From Candidatus Latescibacterota bacterium (GTDB lineage Bacteria > Latescibacterota > UBA2968 > UBA8231), in NCBI GenBank assembly GCA_965204725.1, contig OZ242005.1:2624001-2688000 (forward strand): a stretch of 64,000 nt of DNA. Reading direction: 5' to 3'. Both the position numbers and the translations under genes were made by a program. Position 1 is the stretch's first letter; every line of letters starts with the position of its first letter. The notes beneath the pieces were generated by a model that made no database searches, was not told where the DNA came from, and was given only the letters and a program-made list of their open reading frames with translations. Positions 28,922 to 36,959 of this stretch are shown here, piece after piece.

Positions 28922-28959
28922 GAGACCGGTCCGGCAAGCGCGGGCCGGTCTCTTTTTTT
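28922..28959 (+). terminator. Rho-independent terminator
   Basis: 12-bp stem GAGACCGGTCCG/CGGGCCGGTCTC followed by T7, downstream of the M23 gene. Confidence 0.8.
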
Positions 28960-28979
28960 AGGAGTAGGAGCACAGCCGC

Positions 28980-29429
28980 ATGAGTACCCCTATTGAAGGC
29001 AAGGTAGCCGCCATTATCGACGACACAACCCTCGTGCTCAACGTCGGGAGCGAGCAGGGCGTCCAAGAGGGCATGGCCTTTGCCATCTTTGCCCCGCACG
29101 GCGAGATCGAGGACCCAGACAGCGGGCAGCCGCTGGGCCGGTGGGAAGTGGTTAAGGCGCGGGTCATAGCTACCCACGTGCAGGAGCGTCTGTGTACGGT
29201 GCGCGCGCCCGTGGTAGGCGAGGCCCCGGTGGTAGGCGATACGCGGCCGCTGAGCGCGATGATGGTCGAGCACTCGGTGGCCCGCGCCTCCGGCCAAGAG
29301 CAGTGGCAGCGGCTGGAGGTGCGGGGGACCGACATCCGGGGACGGCCCCAGAATCAGCCCATTGCCGTGGGCGACGGAGCGCGGTCGCTGGCGGCGGCCG
29401 AGGACGATGCGAGCGAGCCTGCCGATTAG
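28980..29429 (+). CDS. Hypothetical protein, FlgT-C-like beta domain
   Basis: AGGAG RBS; EGKVAAI..VLNVGSEQGVQEGM..IEDPDSGQPLG. Confidence 0.65.
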   Translation: MSTPIEGKVAAIIDDTTLVLNVGSEQGVQEGMAFAIFAPHGEIEDPDSGQPLGRWEVVKARVIATHVQERLCTVRAPVVGEAPVVGDTRPLSAMMVEHSVARASGQEQWQRLEVRGTDIRGRPQNQPIAVGDGARSLAAAEDDASEPAD

Positions 29430-29907
29430 AGCCGCGCTCGTGGCCCTCTGCATCGGCGGATGCGCTTACTACTCAACTTCCGGCGGCTTGCTGGGCGGCA
29501 TCCGCAGCATTGGCATCCCCGTGGCCGACAACCAGACCTCGGAGTTTGCCGTGGCCGAGCGCCTGACTGAACGCGCCATAGATGTCTATGCCGAAGATGG
29601 CCAGTTGCGGGTCGTTGACGAAGAACGCGCCGATGCCCTCTTGCAGCTCAACGTGATCTCAATAGAGGACCGCCCCTTTACCTATACGATGGCCGAGCAG
29701 ACCGAGCAGTACCGGTTTGCGGTTTTGGTGGCGGCCGAGCTGGTGCGGGTGGAGGACGGGGAGGTGTTGTTGGCGTTGGCCGAGCTCGAAGGATGGGGAA
29801 CGTACGATGCCGCATTGGCAGAAGAAGAGGGGCGGGACCCAGCGGTGGAACGGGCGCTGAACATGGTGCTAGAGGAATTGGTGGATCGGACGACGGCCGG
29901 GTGGTAG
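29407..29907 (+). CDS. lptE: LptE-like LPS assembly lipoprotein
   Basis: Lipobox ..LCIGGC-AYYS; SIGIPVADNQT..ADALL..C-terminal W. Confidence 0.7.
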   Translation: MRASLPIRAALVALCIGGCAYYSTSGGLLGGIRSIGIPVADNQTSEFAVAERLTERAIDVYAEDGQLRVVDEERADALLQLNVISIEDRPFTYTMAEQTEQYRFAVLVAAELVRVEDGEVLLALAELEGWGTYDAALAEEEGRDPAVERALNMVLEELVDRTTAGW

Positions 29908-29926
29908 CTAGTCCCCTGCGGCACAA

Positions 29927-31621
29927 TCAATCGACATCCGTTTTTCTTCCCACGACAAAAATCACCCCGACAATCAGGCACACCCCCACGGCCAAGCCCG
30001 TGGTCGGCGACCACAGCAGGGTGCTGCCCAAGTAGCCGCACAGCCCGGCGATGGTCATCGTCGTCAGGGCGTAGGGTATCTGGGTACGCACGTGGGCTAA
30101 ATGGTCGCAGGCCGCGGCAATGCTGGAGAGGACGGTGGTGTCGCTGATGGGGGAGCAATGGTCGCCGAAGATCGCGCCGTCCAATACCGCGCCGGCGACG
30201 AGGACCGTCAGCGGCAGGCCGCCTAAGTCGTAGGCTACGGGGATCATGGTCGGCAGGAGCACGGCCATCGTCGTCCACGAGGTGCCGATGGAGAAGGCGA
30301 CCATTGCGGCCAGCAGGAAGACGAGGAGGGGGAACAAGTGCGGGTTGAGGAAGCCGGAAAGCGCCCCGACGATATAGGCCGAAGTCTCGACAGCCTCGCA
30401 GGTTTCCTTGAGCGCCCAAGCCAAGATCAAGATCACCAAAGCATAGTAAAAGCCCCTAATGCCGCTCATATAGGTCTTGCCCACTTCCACTAGGCCGAGT
30501 GGGCGTCTGCGGCTCGTTTTTTCGCGGCGGGTGAGGGCTAAGACCACGGCGAGGGCCGAACCGGCTAAAGAGGACAGGAACATCACTTTGGCGCTGTCGG
30601 CGTGGGAGAACACTTGGATCCAGTAGAGCCGGGCGAAAAAGCCGTGGTCGGCGCGGGCGGCCACCACGGCCGGTGCTTGGCTGGCGTCTAGGTGCATTCC
30701 GCCGAGGACGCCCGCGATGACGAGGACGACGGGGCCTACGGCCACGGCCCAATGAGTGCGGAGGCCGGGGTGCTCGGGGAGTTGGGATGCGTCCCCGATC
30801 ATCGGGCGGTCTCCCGGCGCGAGGACTTGGCCCGTGTGCCGGGCGCGGCGCTCGGCTTTGAGCATGGGGCCGAAATCGCGGCCGGCGAGGGTTGAGCACA
30901 GCACAAAGACCAAGGTTAGCAGGCAGTAGAAGCGGACCGGTAGGACGCGGAAGAACAGTTCGTACCCGGAGATCCCCGCGCCGACTTGCTCCATCGCGCT
31001 GTCGAACAGGCCCACCTCAAAGCCGATCCAAGTGCTGATCAGGGCGATACCGGCCACCGGAGCGGCGGTGGAATCGACGAGAAAGGCCAGCTTTTCACGC
31101 GAGATGCGGAAGCCATCGGCAATGGGGCGCATGGTGGTGCCGACGACGAGCGTGTTGGCGTAGTCGTCGAAGAAGACAGCCAGCCCTAAGAGCGCGGTCG
31201 CCAACCGGGCCGAGCGCACCCCAGCGGCTCGGGCGACCAACAGCTCGGCAATGCCGCGGGTGCCGCCGGCCAGCGAGATGACGCGGATCATGCCGATTAG
31301 CGTGGCGGTAAAGCCGAGGATGAACAGTTGAAAGGAGTCGCGCAACGGCGTCCAGACAAAACTTAGGAGAGCCTTCTCTAAGCTGCGGAACGGGATCGCA
31401 TAGAGCGGAACATCGGCCGGCAGGGAGACGAGTGCCCCGCCGACGATGGCCAGCCCTAGTCCCAAAATTAGGCGGCCCGTGGCGATGGCGACGAGGATGG
31501 CCGCGGCGGGCGGAAAAAGGCTCAGTCCGCTCGTCGCGCCTTGATCGGGCAAGAGCAGTGTGCCGAGTGCGGCCGTGCCGAGTGCCAGCGCGAGGCGGAG
31601 AAAGGGAAAGGCGGAGCGCAC
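29927..31621 (-). CDS. Na+/H+ antiporter NhaC family protein
   Basis: FFDDYANTL, SREKLAFLVDSTAAP, GTSWTT, GAIFGDHCSPISDTT, HVRTQIPYA. Confidence 0.92.
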   Translation of the reverse strand: MRSAFPFLRLALALGTAALGTLLLPDQGATSGLSLFPPAAAILVAIATGRLILGLGLAIVGGALVSLPADVPLYAIPFRSLEKALLSFVWTPLRDSFQLFILGFTATLIGMIRVISLAGGTRGIAELLVARAAGVRSARLATALLGLAVFFDDYANTLVVGTTMRPIADGFRISREKLAFLVDSTAAPVAGIALISTWIGFEVGLFDSAMEQVGAGISGYELFFRVLPVRFYCLLTLVFVLCSTLAGRDFGPMLKAERRARHTGQVLAPGDRPMIGDASQLPEHPGLRTHWAVAVGPVVLVIAGVLGGMHLDASQAPAVVAARADHGFFARLYWIQVFSHADSAKVMFLSSLAGSALAVVLALTRREKTSRRRPLGLVEVGKTYMSGIRGFYYALVILILAWALKETCEAVETSAYIVGALSGFLNPHLFPLLVFLLAAMVAFSIGTSWTTMAVLLPTMIPVAYDLGGLPLTVLVAGAVLDGAIFGDHCSPISDTTVLSSIAAACDHLAHVRTQIPYALTTMTIAGLCGYLGSTLLWSPTTGLAVGVCLIVGVIFVVGRKTDVD

Positions 31622-31622
31622 T

Positions 31623-31967
31623 TTATTCGGCGGTCATCTCGTCCAACAAGCGCGTGAACTCGGCCAGTTCTGCCACCTGTACAGCGGCGCGCAGCAGGGC
31701 TTGCAGTTGGTCCACCTGCTCAATCGCCGCCAAGCGAGCGACCACTGCCCGCGCCGCATCCTCCGCAAACCGAATCGCCAAGGTTTCTTGGATACTTTGC
31801 CGAATCCCTTGCTCGATCCCTTGCTCGATCCCTTGCTCGATCCCTTGCTCGATCCCTTGCTCGATCCCTTGCTCGATCCCTTGCTCGATCCCTTGCTCGA
31901 TCCCTTGCCTCAGCCCCTGCTCCAACGTGCGCTTGCGTAAAGACTCCAGTAACGGAAACTCAGTCAT
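31623..31967 (-). CDS. Putative internally initiated small Rpn isoform (RpnS-like antitoxin, 114 aa)
   Basis: In-frame ATG at 31967 preceded by TCGGAGGATATT, just before the repeat/C-terminal domain. Confidence 0.6.
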   Translation of the reverse strand: MTEFPLLESLRKRTLEQGLRQGIEQGIEQGIEQGIEQGIEQGIEQGIEQGIEQGIRQSIQETLAIRFAEDAARAVVARLAAIEQVDQLQALLRAAVQVAELAEFTRLLDEMTAE

Positions 31968-32603
31968 AATATCCTCCGAGATGAAAGAAAAAATGGTTGA
32001 TTCCTCACACACTAACGAACTCAACACCCCCATGTGCGCCAACACACTGTGCTTAACCGCACGAGGCACCGCCAATTCCTCGGTCGTCTCCACACACCGA
32101 CGCAACCACGAGGCCACCCCCAATCCTTCGGGACGCCCCATCAACGGCGTAAAGGGCAACACCCACACATTGCCCGACGACAAATACGTCTCGCCATCCA
32201 ACGCGATCAAGCGAATCACCTTATAGCGCAGCACGACCTCATGGCCGACGATCTCTTGCACGTACTGCCCCGGATCGCGCCTACCCGCGTCGGGACGCAG
32301 GTAGAGCACATACGACAACAAGGGCAAGCCATACTCGGCAAGGCAGCGTCCCATATAGCCGGCCATCCGCTGCGGCATAGGCATCTTGGTGCTGTCGGTG
32401 GTTTGAAACTCGCAGTGAACCAATGCTTCTTCCCCGTCGAGCCGGACGCGGAGCAAGCTGTCCATCATCTGCGTCTTGACGGTGGGTTGCTCTGGGTTGA
32501 GCGTCTCGATCCACTGTCCCTTCGAGTGCCCCAGCAGAAAGGCCAAAAACCCTTGCGGATGGGCGCTCAAAAGCGACTTGGGAACACTATCAAATTCAGC
32601 CAT
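31623..32603 (-). CDS. Rpn/YhgA-like recombination-promoting PD-(D/E)xK nuclease
   Basis: FD..K..F, MDSLL..LVHCEFQT..MPQRM..Y, LPFTPLM, QGIE repeats and an IEQVDQLQALL C-terminal helical domain. Confidence 0.85.
   Translation of the reverse strand: MAEFDSVPKSLLSAHPQGFLAFLLGHSKGQWIETLNPEQPTVKTQMMDSLLRVRLDGEEALVHCEFQTTDSTKMPMPQRMAGYMGRCLAEYGLPLLSYVLYLRPDAGRRDPGQYVQEIVGHEVVLRYKVIRLIALDGETYLSSGNVWVLPFTPLMGRPEGLGVASWLRRCVETTEELAVPRAVKHSVLAHMGVLSSLVCEESTIFSFISEDIMTEFPLLESLRKRTLEQGLRQGIEQGIEQGIEQGIEQGIEQGIEQGIEQGIEQGIRQSIQETLAIRFAEDAARAVVARLAAIEQVDQLQALLRAAVQVAELAEFTRLLDEMTAE
31804..31908. repeat. 12-bp tandem repeat (ATCCCTTGCTCG) x8 plus a partial copy, encoding QGIE
   Basis: Read directly from the sequence. 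Confidence 0.97.
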
Positions 32604-32709
32604 CCGCGCCTTTCGTCTCAGGGGAAGAGGTGATGGAGAGAAATATATCCGATGGGCGTACTAAGACAAAGGCCATAGTCGCTCCTCGGATTGCCACGGT
32701 GGCGACAAA

Positions 32710-32824
32710 TCCAAGTTGTGGTCAAAGCCCAGATAGGTCATGCCAAAGCCGCCAAAGCCCAACACGCGCTCTTGCAGCCGATGCCTTGGGGCAAGGCGTT
32801 GAGAGGTTGGGACGCCTCGCTCAT
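32710..32824 (-). pseudogene. Deleted 5' remnant of the Ser/Thr kinase gene (copy 3)
   Basis: Matches about 36650..36777 (GTGTTGGGCTTTGGCGGCTTTGGCATGACCTATCTGGGCTTTGACCACAACTTGGA) with small internal deletions and a frameshift. Confidence 0.85.
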
Positions 32825-32840
32825 AGCCGTTCCGATCCGT

Positions 32841-34016
32841 TCACTTTCGCGCACCATGCCGGCGCAACACCACGGCGGCCTCAGATCGACCATAAGACTC
32901 CGCCTCGTGCAGCGGCGTATTGCCCTCCTTGTTTTGGGCGTTGACCTCCGCGCCGTTTTCCAAAAGCACCGCCGTCAGCGCAGAAACATCCGCCATCGCC
33001 GCTATGTGCAGCGGCGTATTGCCCTCCTTGTCTCGAGCGTTGACATCTGCGCCGTTGGCTAGCAACACCGTCGCCACCGCAGAAGCACCCGCCGCCGCCG
33101 CCCCGTGCAGCGGCGTGTAACCCTCGTCGTCTTGGGCGTTGACATCTGCGCCGTTGGCCAGCAACACCGTTGCCACCGCAGGAGCATCCGCCACTGCCAT
33201 GTGTAGCGGCGTATTGTCCTCGTCGTCTTGGGCGTTGACATCTGCGCCGTTGGCCAAAAGCACCGTTGCCACCGCAGAAGCATCCTCCTCTGCCGCCACA
33301 TGCAGCGGCGTATTGTCCTCGATGTCTTGAGCGTTGACATCCGCGCCGTTGGCCAACAGCAACACCGCCATCGCAGAGGCATCTTCCACCGCCGCCGGGT
33401 ACAGCGGCGTCCAGCCCTCGTTGTCTTGGGCGTTGACATCTGCGCCGTTTTCCAAAAGCACCGCCGCCATCGCAGAAGCATCCTTCAACGCTGCCACGTG
33501 CAGCGGCGTCCAGCCCTCGTTGTTTTGAGCGTTGACATCTGCGCCGTTTTCCAAAAGCACCGCCGCCATCGCAGAAGTATCCTCAAACGCCACCACATGC
33601 AGCGGCGTATAGCCCTCGTTGTCTTGGGCGTTGACGTTCGCTCCGTTTTTCAGCAACACCGTCGCCACCGCAGAAGTATCCTCAAACGCCACCACGTGCA
33701 GCGGCGTCCAGCCCTCGTTGTTTTGAGCGTTGACATCTGCGTCGTTTTCCAAAAGCACCCCCGCTGTCGCCTCAGCATCCGCCATCGCTGCCCCATGCAG
33801 CGGCGTCCAGCCACGGTCGTTTTTGACGTTTATCTCCGCGCCCTGTGTGAGCAGGGATTGGGTCAGCACGGGCAGGTTCATGCCCGCTGCAATGTGCAGG
33901 TCGGTCTCACCCCTGTACACCCCTTTCGGGCGGGGCTTGCGCCCCACCTCGGCGGCAAATGCCTGTTCCTGACGCTGCTGCTCCAGTAGCGACGCATCCT
34001 TCTTAACGCTTTTCAT
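32841..34016 (-). CDS. Ankyrin-repeat protein (about 11 repeats)
   Basis: Repeated G-x-TPLH-x-AA..LL-x-NGADVNA; RBS GGAAGGA. The N-terminus is homologous to the stalk/cap of 34381..36777. Confidence 0.93.
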   Translation of the reverse strand: MKSVKKDASLLEQQRQEQAFAAEVGRKPRPKGVYRGETDLHIAAGMNLPVLTQSLLTQGAEINVKNDRGWTPLHGAAMADAEATAGVLLENDADVNAQNNEGWTPLHVVAFEDTSAVATVLLKNGANVNAQDNEGYTPLHVVAFEDTSAMAAVLLENGADVNAQNNEGWTPLHVAALKDASAMAAVLLENGADVNAQDNEGWTPLYPAAVEDASAMAVLLLANGADVNAQDIEDNTPLHVAAEEDASAVATVLLANGADVNAQDDEDNTPLHMAVADAPAVATVLLANGADVNAQDDEGYTPLHGAAAAGASAVATVLLANGADVNARDKEGNTPLHIAAMADVSALTAVLLENGAEVNAQNKEGNTPLHEAESYGRSEAAVVLRRHGARK

Positions 34017-34184
34017 TGGTTTTCCTTCCGTGTGAGTGTGTGGTTGGTTGCAAAGAAGTGTTAGCCCCTCAGCAGGCCGACAACGCCGAACTGGATGCCG
34101 ATGAGCCAGCGGTCGCGGTCTTGGGCGTTAGGGGTTGGGGTGCTCGGCCTTGTCAAGCTGGCAGGCAAGGCGGGCCACCAGAGC

Positions 34185-34364
34185 GGTGCGGGTGGCAATG
34201 TCCGACGGCAAGTATTCCTTGATGGCGACAGGCTTATCCAAGTTGTGGTCAAAGCCCAGATAGGTCATGCCAAAGCCGCCAAAGCCCAACACGCGCACCA
34301 GTTCGTATTCTTGCAGCCGATAGCCTTGCGGCAAGGCGTGAAGAGGTTGGGGCACTTCGCTCAT
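34185..34364 (-). pseudogene. Truncated 5' copy of the Ser/Thr kinase gene (copy 2)
   Basis: MSEVPQPLHALPQGYRLQEYELVRVLGFGGFGMTYLGFDHNLDKPVAIKEYLPSDIATRT is near-identical to the start of 34381..36777, then the homology breaks off. Confidence 0.9.
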
Positions 34365-34380
34365 AGCATCTCCAATTGTT

Positions 34381-36777
34381 TCACCTACGCGCATCGTACT
34401 GGTACAACACCTCCGCTGTTTTAACAGCATCATACCGCTCCGCCCAGTACAGCGGCGTATAGCCATCGTTGTCTTTGGCGTTTACGTCCGCGCCGTTTTC
34501 CAGCAGCAGCACCGCCATCGCAGAAGCATCCTTCGCCATCACCGCCCAGTACGGCCACTCCTTGGGGGGGTAGTCGCTACTAACATACGCCGCCCAGTGC
34601 AGCGGCGTCCGGCCTTCGTTGTCTCTTGTGTTTGCGTCCGCGCCGTTATCCAGCAACACCTTCACCATCGCAGAAGCATCCGCCCTCGCCGCCCAGTGCA
34701 GTAGCGTCCGGCCTTCATTGTCTCTTGTGTTTGCGTCCGCGCCGTTATCCAGCAACACCTTCACCATCGCAGAAGCATCCGCCCTCGCCGCCACACGCAA
34801 CGGCGTATAGCCATCGTTGTCTTTGGCGTTGACCTCTGCGCCGTTTTCCAGCAGCACCGCCGCCGTCGCAGAAGCATTCTTCCACGCCGCCACACGCAGC
34901 GGCGTCTTGCCATCGTTGTCTTTGGCGTTGACCTCTGCGCCGTTTTCCAGCAGCACCGCCGCCGTCGCAGAAGCATCCTCCTCCGCTGCCACATGCAGCG
35001 GCGTCTCGCCAAAGTTGCCTTTGGCGTTTACGTTCGCTCCGTTTTCCAGCAGCACCTTCACCATCGCAGAAGCATCCCGCATCGCCGCCACATGTAGCGG
35101 CGTCCGGCCATCGTTGTTTTTGGCGTTTATCTTCGCGCCCTGTGTGAGCAGGGATCGAGTCAGCACGGGCAGGTTCAGGCTCACTGCGATGTAAAGGTCA
35201 GTATGGCCCCTGTACATCCCTCTCGGATGTGGCTTGCGCCCCACCTTGGCGACAAATGCCTTTTCCTGACGTTGCTTTTTTAGCTTTTTTACCGCCGCCT
35301 GTCGACGCTGCTTCTCTAATGCCGCCTGTTCCCGACGCTGCTTCTCTAATGCCGCCTGTTCCCGACGCTGCTTTTCTAACGCCGCCTGTTCCCGACGCTG
35401 CTTTTCTAACGCTGCCTGTTCCCGACGCTGCTTTTCTAACGCTGCCTGCTCCCGACGTTGTTTCTCCAACGCCGCCTGTTCCCGACGTTGCTTTTCTAAC
35501 GCCGCCTGTTCCCGACGTTGCTTTTCTAACGCCGCTTGCTCCTGACGCTGCTTTTCTAACGCCGCCTGTTCCCGACGCTGCTTTTCTAATGTCGCTTGTT
35601 CCCGACGCTGCTTTTCTAATGCTGCCTGTTCCCGACGCTGCTTTTCCAACGCCGCCTGTTCCCGACGCTGCTCGGCAGCATGATTAACATACATTACACC
35701 CCCAGCCAAGAGAGCAACCACACCCAAGACTACGGCAAGCCTCCTAAAAAAGGGCTTCTTCGGCCGCTCCAGTGGCGGCGTCTCCTGCTCCACCGCCTCC
35801 TGCTCTGCTGCCGCCGCATCACTCGCCAGTTCCTGCCCTGCCGCCTCCTGCTCCACCCGCTTCACACTTGGCACGTCATCCACCACCTCTGCCGCCGTCT
35901 CCACTTCCATCGCCTCCCGCCACGCCCCTACGTTCTGCGGACGAGCCCCCTCATCCACCGACAACGCCCAATCAACCGCCGACAAAAACGCCCCACTCGC
36001 CCGACCCGCACACCGATGCGCCACCGGAACGAGTGGATCATCCCGCATCCTATCGGTCGCATCCTCCGGCACATCCCCCGTCAACGCCCGATAACACACG
36101 CCCCCCAACGCATAAAGGTCCGTCCACGGCCCCTGACGCCCTCGACTCGAATACTGTTCAATCGGCGCATACCCCGGCGTCACGATAGACGTAACCGACC
36201 GGCTCTTCGCCCCAACGGCTTGACGCGCCGCCCCAAAGTCCAACAACACCGGCGAACCATCCGCATCCCGCAAGACGATGTTACCCGGCTTGATGTCCCG
36301 ATGCAGAAAATCAGCCCCATGTACCACCTCCAAACCATCCAACAGCGGATACAGAATCGCTTTGAGTTCGGCTTCGCTCAGCGGCCCCTTGTGCTCAAGA
36401 CGCGCCGACAAAGTCTCACCCTCGGCATATTCCATCACGATATACGCCGTACCATGCGCTTCAAAGAAACGATACACTTTGATGATGTGGCGATGGTCAA
36501 AGCGGGCTAAGGTGCGGGCTTCGTCCAAGAACCGCTCCAGCCCCCATTGAAAATCGCCGCGAAAATTGCTGGCTTGCGGGGCGACGCTGCGGTCGGCAGT
36601 GCGGATGGCAATGTCGGAGGGCAGGTATTCCTTGATGGCGACCGCTTTGTCCAAGTTGTGGTCAAAGCCCAGATAGGTCATGCCAAAGCCGCCAAAGCCC
36701 AACACGCGCACCAGCTCGTATTCTTGCAGCCGATGGCCTTGCGGCAAGGCGTGAAGAGGTTGGGGCACTCCGCTCAT
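34381..36777 (-). CDS. Hanks-type Ser/Thr kinase - TM - coiled-coil stalk - ankyrin repeats (about 8)
   Basis: LGFGGFG, VAIKE, HRDIKPGN, DFG, TPGYAPIE; TM LAVVLGVVALLAGGVMYV; (LEKQRREQAA)n; ANK repeats. Confidence 0.93.
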   Translation of the reverse strand: MSGVPQPLHALPQGHRLQEYELVRVLGFGGFGMTYLGFDHNLDKAVAIKEYLPSDIAIRTADRSVAPQASNFRGDFQWGLERFLDEARTLARFDHRHIIKVYRFFEAHGTAYIVMEYAEGETLSARLEHKGPLSEAELKAILYPLLDGLEVVHGADFLHRDIKPGNIVLRDADGSPVLLDFGAARQAVGAKSRSVTSIVTPGYAPIEQYSSRGRQGPWTDLYALGGVCYRALTGDVPEDATDRMRDDPLVPVAHRCAGRASGAFLSAVDWALSVDEGARPQNVGAWREAMEVETAAEVVDDVPSVKRVEQEAAGQELASDAAAAEQEAVEQETPPLERPKKPFFRRLAVVLGVVALLAGGVMYVNHAAEQRREQAALEKQRREQAALEKQRREQATLEKQRREQAALEKQRQEQAALEKQRREQAALEKQRREQAALEKQRREQAALEKQRREQAALEKQRREQAALEKQRREQAALEKQRREQAALEKQRRQAAVKKLKKQRQEKAFVAKVGRKPHPRGMYRGHTDLYIAVSLNLPVLTRSLLTQGAKINAKNNDGRTPLHVAAMRDASAMVKVLLENGANVNAKGNFGETPLHVAAEEDASATAAVLLENGAEVNAKDNDGKTPLRVAAWKNASATAAVLLENGAEVNAKDNDGYTPLRVAARADASAMVKVLLDNGADANTRDNEGRTLLHWAARADASAMVKVLLDNGADANTRDNEGRTPLHWAAYVSSDYPPKEWPYWAVMAKDASAMAVLLLENGADVNAKDNDGYTPLYWAERYDAVKTAEVLYQYDARR
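35311..35670. repeat. 30-bp tandem repeat x12 encoding LEKQRREQAA
   Basis: Read directly; copies are contiguous with no spacers. Confidence 0.95.
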
Positions 36778-36793
36778 AGCATCTCCAATTGTT

Positions 36794-36896
36794 TCACCTA
36801 CTCACGCCATGCCGGCGCAACACCGCAACGGGCACAAACGCACTCATTGCCGCCGCGTCCGGTGTGAGCAAAGATCGAGTCAGCACGGGCAGGTTC
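36794..36896 (-). pseudogene. Collapsed remnant of another ankyrin gene
   Basis: 36862-36896 matches the cap segment at 35143-35177 (GTGTGAGCA..GATCGAGTCAGCACGGGCAGGTTC). 36794-36824 matches ANK gene 3' ends (TCACCTAC as at 34381; CCATGCCGGCGCAACACC as at 32854). Confidence 0.8.
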
Positions 36897-36915
36897 CGTT
36901 CCTTTGGTTGGCCAT

Positions 36916-36956
36916 TTTATTCGGCGGTCATCGCATCGATCAAGCGCGTGAAGTCG
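36916..36956 (-). repeat. Direct repeat of the rpn 3' end (DFTRLIDAMTAE* vs EFTRLLDEMTAE*)
   Basis: TTTATTCGGCGGTCATC (17 bp) and CAAGCGCGTGAA (12 bp) are identical to 31622..31662. Confidence 0.85.
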
Positions 36957-36959
36957 CCC

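Noticed and set aside
31804-31908. 12-bp repeat as an ON/OFF phase-variation tract or iteron
   Set aside because: The unit is a multiple of 3 and encodes the usual Rpn (Q/E)G(I/L)E coil, so slippage changes length only.
34061-34180. Fragment ..DRDRWLIGIQFGVVGLLRG* resembling the tail of small coiled-coil/TM proteins
   Set aside because: Too short, with no own start; possibly further island debris but cannot be supported as a feature.
32841-35200. Diversity-generating retroelement acting on the ankyrins
   Set aside because: No reverse transcriptase or non-coding template repeat is in the window, and differences are not visibly adenine-restricted.
35311-35670. 30-bp repeats as a CRISPR array
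   Set aside because: Copies are contiguous with no unique spacers, are in frame within a protein, and no cas genes are present.
35680-36510. Long antisense ORFs (also 32034..32633, 5612..6574, 28413..29453, 43441..44367 and many others)
   Set aside because: Shadow frames of well-supported genes, expected with high GC and codon bias.
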